A stretch of 64,000 bases of DNA, from positions 108,562,001-108,626,000 of the forward strand of contig OZ024740.1 of the NCBI GenBank assembly GCA_964016885.1. The letters are read 5' to 3'. The translations under genes and the position numbers were made by a program. Shown here one piece after another: positions 36,394 to 49,969 of the stretch. The notes beneath the pieces are model-generated. The model was not told the origin of the DNA. It made no database searches and saw only the letters and a program-made list of their open reading frames with translations. This DNA comes from Eledone cirrhosa. Lineage: Eukaryota. The first letter of the stretch is position 1. Each line of letters begins with the position of its first letter.

Positions 36394-36681
36394 GCATACT
36401 CCAGTCCCACAAACTGTAGAGTGCTTCTTATCCGATATCTGCATTGCTTTATTGTACTACAATAAAACTCACCTCCTACATATATATATATATATGTATG
36501 TATGTGTGTGTGTATACATATCTATATATATATCATCATCATATTTACGTCCGTTATTTTTTTCACGCCTGCTTGGGTTGGACACATATATATGTATGTA
36601 TATGTAGGTTCTGGAGTGGTGTCGGGGGTGACCACAATTAAAAAATGGTATTCAATACATTGGTACAGTATAGGCATCATT

Positions 36682-36838
36682 AAGTAATTTCTATATATAA
36701 TATATAATAATTGTTTCTACTTTTGGCACAAGGCCAGCTATTACTCAGTGCAATAAAGTACCAGTAATGCACTGGTTAATTGCTGGCCTTGTGCCAAAAG
36801 TAGAAACAATTATCATATATTATATATAGAAATTACTT
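36682..36838. repeat. Inverted duplication of a SINE-A 3' tail plus flank
   Basis: aagtaatttctatatataat...tgtttctacttttggcacaaggccagc / gctggccttgtgccaaaagtagaaaca...attatatatagaaattactt. Confidence 0.85.
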
Positions 36839-38353
36839 CTACATGACTAGAACTGTTTGACTTGTATAAAATCATCATATATATATATCCACAGAACAAG
36901 AATAGTGCTACCTTAAATTTCAAGGTCCAGTTATGGTCATTCCCGAGATTGGGCATGGTGATGCAGGATGTGTGGAAGATCGATCAAAGCTGTGACCAGA
37001 ACCTGATGATGAGGTTGTGGCTTTGATTGCTCCTCCATGCACTTGGCACAATCTGGAGAGATGACCATAACTGGACCTTGAAACTTAAGGTACCACTTTA
37101 CTTGTTCTGTGTATGAACATAAATGATATTTATATATATCAGCTCTCTTACACAAGATCGAGCACTGTTTTATATGTGTATACACATACACACACACACT
37201 TCATATGTGTGTGTGTGTATATGTATGTATGTATGTATGTATGTATGGTTCTGTAACTCCTGATAGTTGTAGGGGCGCCGTATTGGCATACACTGTTTCT
37301 TGGGCATTTTACGCCTGGCAGAGCCCATCCCTCGCCAGGCCTGAGGACAACAGATTTCCAGAGAAAGATAGAAAGTGAGAGAGAGGAAAATGAGAAAGAG
37401 ATATAGAGGAAGATATACATTTACATATATATATATATATATACACATTGTGTGTGTGTGTGTGTGTGTGTGTATTTGTCATGTGATAAAACTAGATTGT
37501 AAAAATACATCGAAAGAAAGTAAAAGCTATGAAGTCTTCTTATTGGTTATTTCCATTTCTGCACTCAGGTGAATGAACATAGTTAATTTCCAGAACTATT
37601 TTCTTCACTTCTCCAACAAAAAGTAGTCCCTGATATTTCAACTAAATACTTTCTACATTATGATGTCTGCTCTTTCTATTTATCATATCAAAAGAATTCT
37701 ATGTATTTTGGTGTAGGCACATCACAAAGATACAAGATAAATACAAGTTGTTTGCAAAACCACTGTGCACTTTACTATCAATTGTTTTTTTTTTGTATTT
37801 CATTTCCATAATTCTATTGTACAATCCGTGATGAAATTAAATAAATCTGTCTAACTCATGCAAGCATGGAAAGTAGATGTTATACATTGATGATGATGAT
37901 GTGGCTTAGTAGTTATGGTTGTTAGGCTCAAGATCATACGGTCATGTGTTTGGTTTTTGAATTCTGCAGTATGATGTGTGTCCTTGATCCAGACACTTTA
38001 TTTCATGTTACTGCAGTCCACTGGAAAAAAAGGTGTTGTAGCAATAACTAGTGGTTAACCATGCAATGGACTGGAATCTGGTCCTGGGATGTGTTGTTCA
38101 CTTGTGACAACATTAATGTGGTGAGGGGAAACTGGTATGCATGGGCAATTGTTGGTCTTCCACAAAACACTTTTCTTGTGTCTTAAGAGTGGAACTATTC
38201 GGGTGCCAACACATGGTCAGCCATGACTGAAGAGGGTGTTACCAATATTTAGAACTGATAGCACTGTTAAGAAATAAAATAAAATGAGCAGAAGCTTGTT
38301 GATGTTATATAATAGTGTTGTAAACATGACTACTAATGTTAAATTAATACATA

Positions 38354-38570
38354 CCATATATACTCGAATATAAACTGATATGGATATAAGCTAACCCCAC
38401 TATTTTATGTCTGAGAAATAGGCAAAAATCCAAACCTTATTTACGTAGAATTTAAAGTTGCTGAAAATCGTCAGAATATTGACCCCAAATATAAGCCACC
38501 TCCCTTTCACCATCGCTTAAAAAAATTTTTTTTATCATATATTCTTTGGCTTATATTCGAGTATATACAG
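38354..38570. mobile_element. Tc2/pogo-like MITE
   Basis: TIR ccatatatactcgaatataa / ttatattcgagtatatacag, with TA on both sides. Confidence 0.8.
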
Positions 38571-39254
38571 TAATATTGATGTTATGTAATAAATTATATT
38601 CTATACACAACCGCTTTCTTCTCATTGTATGTAAGAATAAATTAGATTGGGGAATTGGCTAGGTAGGTGGGGTGGGATAGAGAAAAACTGGTTAAGAAAC
38701 ACTGCTTTAGTTAAAGGAAGCCCTAGATGTAATTGAGAAATGTTATATAATGCTAATGAGGAAAATAAAAAATAGTCTTCAGTGATGATACAAAGTAGAG
38801 AGTGAGGGTGGGAGGGAAGAGGAGGTGGAAGAAGAGAGAGGAGGGGGAGGAAGGGAGAGGAAAAGAGGAAGAGAGAGACATATATATATATATATATAAT
38901 GTGAGGAAGAGAAAAAGATATAGGCATATAGAAAGGGTGAGGAAGAGAGAGACATCATCATCATCATCATTGTTTTACATCTACCTTTCCACACTTAATG
39001 TATGTGAGAGAAAGGGAGAGGGAGAAAGAGAGACATATATGTATATATAATGTGAGAGAGAGAGAGAAAGTTGTATAGCAAAAATGTCTGGGACAACTAA
39101 TACCATTGTTTACACTATCAACAGAACTATCACCATTGGTAACATCATACCACCACCTGTAGCATCACCATAATCACTCATAACTATTGCCATGGTAACG
39201 ACTCTTACTACCATGGCCACCACCTCTATCATCTGTAATCACAATCCCTGCCAT

Positions 39255-39450
39255 AGCTACTGCTGCTGCTGCTACAACTGCTGCTACTACTGCTGTTGCT
39301 AGTATTACTGCTTTTGCTGCTGTTGTTGCTGCTGGCGTTGCTAGTATTACTGCTTTTGCTTTTGCTACTGCTGCTGCTGCTGCTGCTACTACTACTACTA
39401 CCACCACCACCACCACCACCACCACCACCACCACTACTACTACTACTACT
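39255..39450. repeat. Compound trinucleotide repeat (CTG/CTA/CCA)
   Basis: Directly visible. Source of the poly-amino-acid ORFs. Confidence 0.95.
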
Positions 39451-40646
39451 GTCATTTATCACCACAACTGTATATTACCACCATTACTAACTGCATATTA
39501 TAACTAATATGGTGGTATATATATCTATCTGTCTGTTTGCCTGCCTGTCTGTCAGTCCATCCATCTATCTATACACATACACACACCACCACCACTACTG
39601 AATATTACAAAAACAATATATATATATCATATCTGTATGTAGTTAACAGACAAGAGAAAAGAGTACTCAATACCGAAGTAGAGTTTAAATATTCATTTTA
39701 TTATGGCTAAATAGTGAGTCTTGTTACTCTCAAGTGCTCAGGTGAAACTCCAGAGTAACAAGACTCACTATTGAGCCATAATAAATATATATATATATAT
39801 GATGATGATAATGATGATGATTATACATACATTAAAAGAACAAAATGAGATTTCACATGGAGTTTTTTATTGATTAGGCTCAGTTACGAACATTCATAGA
39901 TCCATATTTGTGTTTAGAGACCTGACTCCAGCCCCAATCTGCTCACGAGGCTTGTGTGTATGTATATATATATATATAATCATCATCGTTTAACACTAGC
40001 ATGGGTTTGTGTGTCAAAAATTTCATTGCACGCATTGTGACCTGGTCACTGATACAATTTCACAACAAACAGTTGCAGTGACCAACTTGCAAATAATACA
40101 ACAGAAATTTCCTTATCACAAATATATATAAATATATATATAAAGTTGGTACCACAACATCCAGTCCAAATGATAATGAGATCGAGATCATGTAGGTGTC
40201 ACGACAAAAAACACACAGTCCACGCTGTAATGTGGCCATGTAGGTAACACGGTAAAAAGTTCCACACTGTAAATGTGGTTGGTGTTAGGAAGGGCATCCA
40301 GCCGTAGAAAACCTGCCAGATAGTCCTATATGAGCGAGACACGGTCACCCGACCAACCTTGCCTCAAATTGGGACAACTCCCGTCTAACCCATGCTAGTG
40401 TGGAAAATGGACGTTAAACGAAGATGATGATGAGGTGGTGCCCTAGCATGGCCTCAGCCAGATGGCTGGAACAGGTAAAAGAGTAATATATATATATACC
40501 AGCACCACTGTATATTACAAAAACTATACATGTATATATATACATATATATGTATGTATGTATATTATTATAAACACACACACCTGTTGGTTTTCACTTC
40601 AATTTATTACAAATTTGCAGTTGGTTAGTTTAATAACTTGTTTATT

Positions 40647-40689
40647 GTAAAAGCTCTTTCGTCACACATTCTGTGACCTCCTCAGTGAC
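40647..40689 (-). ncRNA. Minimal hammerhead motif, same family as 3650-3692
   Basis: gtca-CTGAGGA-g-gtcaca gaatg tgtgac-GAAA-gagc-TT-ttac. Flanks are homologous over about 150 bp. Confidence 0.72.
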
Positions 40690-41449
40690 TAATTTGTTAT
40701 TTTTGTCTCTCCTTTGTTCTGTCCTACTTAGCCACTGAAAGCAACACACATGTACAACTTTGAGAAAGTTCTGACATCGCTTATATACAATTATATTTTT
40801 GGATTGTATCATTAGGTGTAACATAGACTTATATTGTATCCATATGCTCATCAGAGGCGTAGTTGATAGTCCTGACATCTCTATCTAAAGCTGTATTTTA
40901 GACAGTATTATAATTGTTAGGTGTAAGGCATTATGGACTTATATTGTATGTGTGCACTCAGAGGGGTGGACAATATATTTGACAGTGGCAATGTCCTTGT
41001 CAAATTGATGGACAACCAGCCAGTAAGTCATTTAGTTCCTTTTCTTCCCCATGGAGTATTAGCCATTATTGTTTTTGGTGTAATTTTGATTAAGAGAAGC
41101 AATCTTACTAGCTTTGAGCTCCATTCCTCCTCCCTTCTCAACACAGTAACATAGCATTTCAAAGTAAAGGAGTGGGTTTCTGTAACCCTGGATAAGGGCC
41201 CATTGTAGGTACTGTCAGCCAAATCTAATATGAGAGTAAGGACTTTAGTTTTTAAATTGATGCAGTCATACTGCTGTTTTATACTTTTAAAGAATGTGTA
41301 GCTAATGCAATTTCATGTAGTACAGGATGTTAAGAGTTTATGTGGCAAATTGGCAGAAGCAGTTGTTCCTAACCCTTCTATTCCCAAGGACCCCTTTTAT
41401 TTAAATGAATTGGCCCATGGATCTGCCTACCTCCACTACATTTAATCCC

Positions 41450-42152
41450 CTCCCAGGGAAAGTTGGCAGTAGTAATTGCTGTGATTGACTCATTTTTCCA
41501 ATGCAGGTGGGTTCTATAGAAGTGATTGATAGCTTCTGGTACCTAGGTGATCAGATTAGCATGGGAGGGGGGGGGGGGGTCCAAGGCCATAGTATCTAGA
41601 ATGACGGGTTGGAAGAAGTTTAGGGAGCTGCTTCCTCTGTTGACAAAGAAGGGTTTCTCCCTGCGTACAAAAGGACGGTTATGTGATGTTTGTGTGAGAT
41701 GCGTGATGCTGCATGGTAGTAAGACATGGGCAGCAACTGCTGAAGATATGCGACGGCTGGAGAGAAATGAAGCAAGTATGCTCTGTTGGATGTGCAATGT
41801 CAATGTGCATGAATGACCAAGCATAGACGAGTTGAGAAAGAAACTGGGTATAAGAGGGATAAGTTGTGGTGTGCAGGAGAGAAGGCTGAGATGGTATGGA
41901 CATGTGATGCGCATGGAGGAAGACCGCTGGGTGAAGAAGTACCAGGAAGTCCAAGTGGAGGGAAGACGCAGTAGAGGAAGACCATAAAAAACATGGGCGG
42001 AGGTGGTGAGAGCAGACCTCAGATCACTGAAACTCACTGAGGAGATGATGAAGGACCGTGATAAGTGGGGAGATGCTGTGCTGAATAGGACCCGTCCAAC
42101 CCTTGCAAGCAGGGAAAAGTGGACGTAAAATGATGATGATGATGATGATGAT
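41450..42152 (+). mobile_element. RTE-clade LINE 3' fragment with (GAT)n tail
   Basis: GWKKFRELLPLLTKKGFSLRTKGRL...MLHGSKTW...RLERNEASML, RRLRWYGHV, and tail acccgtccaacccttgcaagc...gatgatgat. Confidence 0.9.
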
Positions 42153-43297
42153 CATCATCATCATTATCATCACTGTTTATTTTACGTGCTTGCCTGTGTT
42201 AGATGGTCTGTCACATACTGAGGCTAAACTGGTCAGGTGACTATGTCTTGCTCATATATTCTGTTTTGGGTTTAGTTTCTACAGCTGGATGCTCTTCTTA
42301 ATGCCAACCATGTTACAACATGTACTGGGAGGATTTTATCATGACTCTAGCACCACTACCTCACAATGTAGACTAACAGCTTTTTGTCACAGTGATAATA
42401 ACAATGAAAAGAGAGAAATGTTTACACTAAGAGAAGAATAGATACTCTATAGTATATGTGTATTATGTTTCTAACAAAGTATTTGAAAATTTTGAAGTTA
42501 GATCACAAACCCTCAGTATTTTACAGACCCCATGTTGGGAACCACTTAAAGTCAGACTAAATTTTTTACAGTATTTATTTCTGCTCCTTGCATTCTGAAT
42601 CTGAATCCTACCAAGTTTAACTTTGTCATTCATCCCTCTGGGGTCAATAAAAAAAGTACCAGTCCAGAGTAATGGACTACTGGACTTGTTAAAGTAATAG
42701 ATAGGATGACTTGTGGTATTTGTACATTTTTTGCTGTGGCCTACTAGGGTGGTAGACTTAATCAGTCACCCAGTTTAACACCACTACTTTGACATTGGGT
42801 ACCTTTAACAGAGTCCACTCAGTTGCAAACATTTAGGCTAAGTCTCTAGTTTTGAGGAGACCTTTCTCTCTTCCATTAGGCACTGAAATGGGCACTACCC
42901 TCCCTTCCCTGGTCCACACTGTTCCAAGCATTTGGGGCCAGGTCCCTATTTTCGAGTATCCCTTTCTCCCACCAGTCTTGGAGGACTCTGAAAAAGGACC
43001 CTGCTCTTTCTTCTCACTAAAAAAAAAAGAAACATTTGGTGTACATGTTTAGCATCCCGAGATAAATATCTCAGTAATATATATAAAAAATTTTCATTAA
43101 AATAGTTTCTAAATTTGAGAAATGTTAAGTTTATTTCCAGAATCCTTCATTTTTGGCCTTAGTGAGGATGTGTCATCACCACCACAGCTGCCAACACTAC
43201 CACCACCACCACTGTTGCCACCACTAAACTTCTAAACTATCCAGTCACACGTGATCTGTGAATTTTCATATTTCTATTCTGAAGAAAATGAAAAACA

Positions 43298-43690
43298 AAA
43301 CATATATGCAAAGACCAGAGAGAAATGAAGTGAGCGTGATTCGATGGGTGTGCAATATTAATATGTATGAATGGTAAAGCAGGGATGAGTTGAGTGAGAA
43401 GCTGAGTATAAGAGGAATTAAATACAATCCGCAAAAGAGAAAACTGTGTTGGTATGGCCATGTGATGTGTATGGAGGATAAACATTTAGTGAAGAAATGT
43501 TAGGAGCTCCAGTGGAAGGAAGCTGCAGTAGAGGAAGGCAAAGGAAAACCTGGACAGAAGTAGTGAAAGCAGATTTCAAAATACAGAACCTCAAAGAGGA
43601 TGAAGGAATGCAACGAGTGGAGGAAAGATGTGCTGGGAAAGACCTGTCTAACCCATGCTAGTATGGATAAATTGTCATAAAAAGGATGTT
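43298..43690 (+). mobile_element. RTE LINE 3' fragment (degenerate)
   Basis: Similar to 41750-42130. Confidence 0.8.
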
Positions 43691-45129
43691 ATATGTTATA
43701 TATATATCTTCATGTAAATTAAAAGATTGAAAGATTGTTTTTAAATTTAATACACTACACTCAGAAATTGATTATGTCAAATTAGTTTTTGTTTTGGGGC
43801 TTGGGTACTGGACGAAAGAATATAATCTGAATGGTTTCTGGAATAATGTTACTCGATAGGGTATGTGGCTCGGAGATCAGGGTGTCACTCCTAGTAGAGC
43901 CTCTACTTCTCAACATTGAAAGACATGTAGTTAGAATGTCTAAAAAAAGAATTGTGTGATAGATTTTATGGGCAAAACCAGCCGGAAGGAGACCCAGAGG
44001 CAGACCCGGAGCAAGATGGTTGGTTAACATCTATAAGCTTGGTTCATCTCACTTAGGGTCCCAGCTGGATCATTTGGAGACTGTTATTTCTGATAGGATC
44101 CCCTGAAGGCTCATACACTGCATTTTTGATACAGTTTCTACAGCTGGATTTTCTTTCTAACATCAATAATATTACAGAGTATATTGGGTGTATTTTATTG
44201 TGACATGAGCACTAAAAAGGTTGCAAAACTATAGCCATGTTTACCTTGTATAGTCTTTGTCAATCACTTTAATGAGTGTTCTTAATTATTTTCAAAATGA
44301 TCTGAAAATCATTGACAGTCTATTTCATTAAAATATGGTAACGAAAAGGTTAACAAAGGTTCTTACATAAAATTATGATGGAAGGTTTTCAGATAAATAA
44401 GATGTTTAAAAATAAATAGCTCTGTATCACAGAACCGGGAGCTGTTGCAGGTGGTTTGATATCAAAAGGGTTTTCTTCTGATGAATATTTATGCACTTTA
44501 TGTATTTTTGTGCTTGTGCAGCCTGAATTTATGTATATTCAATGCATATATAGTTTAGAAAGGAGTATGACAATATCCTATTGTTTTTAATACAAAAGAA
44601 GTGTTGTATTCATCATACAGTGCATGCTATACATCAGTGAAACCCTTTTGTACTCATTCAAGTAGTGGAAATAAATGAAAATAGTTTTTAAATTAGCATT
44701 GAACTAGATGTTCAGCATATATATGATGCCAGTATCAAACAATAGAGTTCCACTGACCTGTGCATTATGTGTGAAAAAGATTATTAATTGAAGGCAAATG
44801 TTTTAAAAGTACACCAATGCTTCTGGTACATTACAATTTGTAGTGAGATTTAACCAATATACCAATGAAAATGCTGCAAAATCAATACTTATTAAGAAAG
44901 AGTGAGATTAAGTACATATGTACTCTTAGTTTACTTTGAAGGCTGTGTGTATGCGATCAGTTTAGATATAGCATGCCTGCTAAAATGACTGCTACTCTGC
45001 TCCAGTGGATACTTCACCAAAATGAACATGTTTTAACATGAGTTGCCTGTCTCAGCAAGGCTCTATTATTTTTGGTTTAAATATTTCATGATCTTTATCA
45101 TAGTTTTTACATCCACATTTCCATGCTTG

Positions 45130-45785
45130 CATAGTTTTCTCTTTCCTGTGTCTTCTTTTTTGTGAGTTTCACCGTCCTGACTTCAGCATCTACCTCTTCT
45201 CTTCTATTCCTCTTCACCTTAGTGTTGTTCTTCCACAACCTTCTTCCATTTGGAATTTCTTGCATCTCTAGGTCATTGGCATACAAGTGTTCCCACAGAC
45301 AACCAGCCATGTTTGGCATGAAAGACTACCATATATAAAAGGGTGCTAAGAACTGAGTCCTGGTGTACACCAGCCTGCATGCTAAATTCCTTTTTCACAG
45401 TACTCATTGTTAAATCTTCCCATGCTAACAGCACGCCCTGTACTTGACTTGTACAACTCTCATGCTATGTATTTATCCCTAATTTTCTTAGTGACCACCA
45501 GACTACATAGTGTGAACCTTTGTGAAAAGCCTTGTCCAGTTTGATGAATGCTAGATTGAGTGGCTTACTCCTACATAAGTACGTCTGTAGTTGTCACGCT
45601 AGTGGTGGTATTGTATTTTGACATACATCTGAAATGCATCTTATCTAGGCTAATTCTGTTCTTAATCAATTAGGCTAAAACACAATACCTTTAATAACCT
45701 GATCTATCAGTTTGATGTTTCTGTAGATGACTCTTTCTAGAGCATCATTTTCCCCCTTAAAGAAGTTGATGATAATTCTAATCAT
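45130..45785 (-). mobile_element. RTE LINE RT fragment (degenerate)
   Basis: Minus frames show remnants such as WEHLYANDL, GVHQ.SVLS and KPLNLAFIKLDKAF. Confidence 0.7.
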
Positions 45786-46019
45786 TGAGTATGGTACTCT
45801 CCTGTACTACCAAGTGGTAAATATGATGTGTTCATTAGTTCAAGGTTTGTGATTAAAGATTGGCAAGTAAGAAGAAATCCTAACTTTGTACAATGTATGT
45901 ACCTGTGTGTGCCACCAGATGTTATAGATATCAATAATTTTTACCATTTCTACCTCAATGATACAACTTGGTCAGTGTGAGAGAAGGTTCACTGACATAC
46001 AGAACCCTTGGCACAAGCC

Positions 46020-46400
46020 ACATTATGATCCCATGGAGGAAGCATTACTCCAGAGAATAGTAAGGAAGACACATTGAAATTTAATTCATGGGGGTCACTC
46101 CTATGGGTGGCTAACTCAATAGCGGTGAGTATAGTGGTGATTTGGGGACCAAGAATACCAGGAGTCTGCACTGTTACAGTTTCAATAACAGATCTATCAA
46201 AAAGCAGCTGATATTTCAACAGTTTGTGATCCTCAGGTTGCTGGGTAATGAAATCTGGGTCTGTCACAGAATGCACCAGGTTGTCACTGGAGAAAGTGTC
46301 ACTGCATGTCACATCCCAGATAAGGGGCTTATCACTATGTAATGGGAAGATTGTGATGCCATCTGACCTTTTGCTGTCCTCTTGTCTTGTCTCATTGTAT
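46020..46400 (-). mobile_element. CRE-like endonuclease fragment
   Basis: DSKRSDGITIFP...LIWDVTCSDTF...EDHKLLKY...QTPGILGP. Confidence 0.75.
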
Positions 46401-47084
46401 TGCATTCCATTTGCATCAGAGGAGGGTGTGACTACACACCCACAGAATGGAGAAGAGCTCAAACATCTAAGAGTGGAGGCTTAGTTGGCTCCAGGTCATG
46501 TAGGTTGCTTTGAGTTCCCTGATCACATTAGGTTTTGATATGTCGTGGAGAATGTTTTTGATGAGGTAATGACAAGAGGCCACATATGAAAGAAATGCAG
46601 ACAATACAAATGAAACCGGAGATAGAGGCTACCATATCTGACGAGTTTGGTGGCTTGTTGCTATCCAGTTTCATTGGACTGCATAGTACATATCTCCTCT
46701 GCGGTGTACTGGATGCAGGTATCAAAGTCATTGAGAAGAGAAATGTTTCAATTACCATCTTAACCCTTTGGAGATGGAGCCCTTTTCACAAGCCCTACAG
46801 AGGGCATGCACTTATTTAAAAAAAAAGTTATAAAAAATAAAGTGCATGATAAATATATCACAGAACCCAGCAAACTATCGTGGAAGCTGCCATTGAAAGG
46901 CCCAGATATGCAAGAAGCAATCTGACGGGTTGGTACAAAGATCTGCCAGCTAATCTTGAGGTTTGACAGTTCAGCCCTGTCGTCTCCTAAGGGTTAATAA
47001 TAAAATAATGAATGACTTCAGGAAACTTCTTTAATAACTAATTCAAATACAGTGTATTTCATTAAACATGAACTCTTTAATGTG

Positions 47085-47910
47085 GGCAGTTTTATATAAT
47101 GCCTGCATACGAACAGCAATGTTGCATGGCAGTGAGACCTGGGCATTGTGTGCAGAGGATATACGCAGACTAGAGAGGAACGAAGCTTGCATGCTCCGCT
47201 GGATGTGTAATAGTAATATACGTGAATGGCAAAGCATAAACGAACTAAGGAAAAAATTAGAAATAAGAGGGATCAGATGTTGTTTACTCGAGAGAAGGCT
47301 ACGTTGGTATGGACACGTGATGCGCATGAAAGACGATAGCTGTATAACAAAGTGCAGGGCAATAAAGATAGACGGTAGCCACGGAGTAGGCAGACCCAGA
47401 AAAACCTGAGACGAGCTGATAAATTCCGACCTCACACACTTACACCTCTCGAAGACAATGTCACTGGACCGAGACCTTTGGCGGTACTCAGTAACAGAGA
47501 AGACCCGCCTTACCTAAATACAAAGTAAAACCTACTACAGTCAGTAGGCATCTCTAACAAAATACACCCCCATCCCACCACCCCCACCCCATCCACACCG
47601 CCCCTTTCAATGTAAAGTTATGTTGGTGCCACAACATCCAGGCCGAAACAAATGAGATCGTGTAGGTGTCACGACAAAAAACACACAGTCCACGCTGTAA
47701 TGTGGCCGTGTAGGCAACACGGTAAAAACCTCCCAGACCCACACTGTAAATGTGGTTGGTGTTAGGAAGGGCATCCAGCTGTAGAAAACCCGCCCGACAG
47801 TCCTATGCGAGCAAGACAATCACTCTTGCCTCAAGTGGGAAAACCCCCGTCCAAACCCATGCAAGCGTGGAACACGGACGTTAAACGTTGATGATGATGA
47901 TGATGATGAA
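47085..47910 (+). mobile_element. RTE LINE 3' fragment with 3' UTR and (GAT)n tail
   Basis: LYNACIRTAMLHGSETWAL...RRLRWYGHVMRM...GRPRKT. The 3' UTR is nearly identical to 40150-40432. Confidence 0.9.
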
Positions 47911-48270
47911 CCAGGAGCATTTTCAAGTGGGTTGGTATGAAAACAATTAAGTTCCCTTATTTTCTCAGTACAGTGGATGGGAAAAAGGGGAAATGTTTTA
48001 TAAGTGACGGTCTAGTATGACTCAGCCATTACTGGGTAATTGATAGTCATTGGGTTATATATAGTAAAGCAGATAATAAGAGAGTAATGAAAGAATGAGG
48101 GGGTGGGGACTCTGGATGTATTTTGTATTATTCCAAACCCTAGTTTTATATTATTTTTATTTAGTTTTAAGTCTCTCTCTCTCTCTCTCTCTCTTATAGT
48201 ATTATTTTGTGTTTGTATGTATATATGCATGCATATATACATACAAACACATGTATACACAAAATAATAT

Positions 48271-48715
48271 GTGGTATTGTATTTTGACATACATCTGAAA
48301 TGTATCTCATCTAGGCTAATTCTGTTCTTAATCAATTAGGCTAAAACACAATACCTTTAATAACCTGATCTATCAGTTTGATGTTTCTGTAGATGACTCT
48401 TTCTAGAGCATCATTTTCCCCCTTAAAGAAGTTGATGATGATTCTAATCATTGAGTATGGTACTCTCCTGTACTACCATGTGGTAAATATGATGGGTTCA
48501 TTAGTTCAAGGTTTGTGATTAAAGATTGGCAAGTAAGAAGAAATCCTAACTTTGTACAATGTATGTACCTGTGTGTGCCACCAGATGTTATAGATATCAA
48601 TAATTTTTACCATTTCTACCTCAATGATACAACATATATGCAAAGACCAGAGAGAAATGAAGTGAGCATGATTCGATGGGTGTGCAATATTAATATGCAT
48701 GAATGGTAAAGCAGG
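48271..48715 (+). repeat. Composite local duplication of 45605-45967 and 43299-43383
   Basis: Near-identical copies of two non-adjacent upstream segments joined at aac. Confidence 0.88.
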
Positions 48716-49969
48716 CATATATGCAATGCATGTATATATGCATGCATATACATTAGTGTACTTGTGTGTGTGAATGAGAAAGTTGATTGAAGCTTTACTA
48801 CTACAACAACAGCCTCTACTTCTTTGAACCACCTCACCCAACCTCACATTTTTCTCTCTTCCTCTCACCATCCCTACTGTCTCATGCCCTCTTCTCCTCA
48901 GATACCACACCCCAAATATTGACTCAATCCTCCCTTCCCAGAATGCATTTTTCTGGAATTCCTTTCCTGTATTTGTTGACCAATAGAATCTGTTGCAAGG
49001 GCTTAAGTGAGGTCTCTGGTTTGAGGATTCCTTTCTCCTTTCCACCAGTTTAACATCTATTTTCCATGCTTCATAGTTTAAATGGGTTATCACATTATGA
49101 AACAAGTCAGGTTAGGTGACCATGTCTTACTCATAGGGAATTGTTTCTGGCTTGGTTTCTACAGCTGGATGCCCTTCCTAATGTCAACCACATTTACAGC
49201 ATGGACTGGGAGCTTTTTCATCATGGTACTAGCACAACCACCTACAGAGTGGCCTAGGTCCTTTTTATTTGTGTCATCAGCACCTTACAGTCATGGGCAC
49301 TAAACAGTAAAATCAATAAAAAAAAAATCATCCAGTCAGGGCCGGATTAAGTCCTTTTGAGGCTCTAAGCACTTAAAGGTTAACGTGCCCCCCACCATAT
49401 ATAAAATCTATAAATAAGATTTAAAACAATTTAATTTGGAATGACAAATACATTTGATTTGAATAAACTAGTGCCCCTCTTTCCTTGATGTATTAAGCAT
49501 ATATTTATTTTGCTTCATTGATAATTGAGCTTTGATTCAAGCTAACCATCATTATCTTTCAGTTGCTACACAGATATCTATAGTTTTCTTCCACCTGACA
49601 TGATTCTGAGCCTAGCAATATCTTTCAGTCTCACTTAGTTGGTCCTTTCACCTAGCAGCTCCTTGATCTGCTCTAAGATAAGATAATGTCTCTTCTGCTG
49701 ACCTCACTTCCCTACACCATGCCATGGGACATTACTAAAACAACATGAACATCACCCCTCTCCCACTAACTCAGATTTCTGGGACACACATTGCAAAACC
49801 TAGAAACCAAACCTGCATGCAAAATATATAGTGTATGTCCAGGGCTGGATTATGTCCATTTGAAGCTCTAAGATTCTTGTGTGGGTTGTTCTAGAACCTG
49901 AAATAACCAAAGGTTTGAATTTAAACTATAACTTATTTTGTTGCTTTATTAATCATATTTAAATATTAA

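Noticed and set aside
40810-40970. Two degenerate related units, one with CTGATGA on minus
   Set aside because: No GAAA or stem III found, so an HHR cannot be supported.
43790-43820. Twister-like ccagtacccaagccc on minus
   Set aside because: The remaining twister elements (UAA site and pseudoknot partners) are absent.
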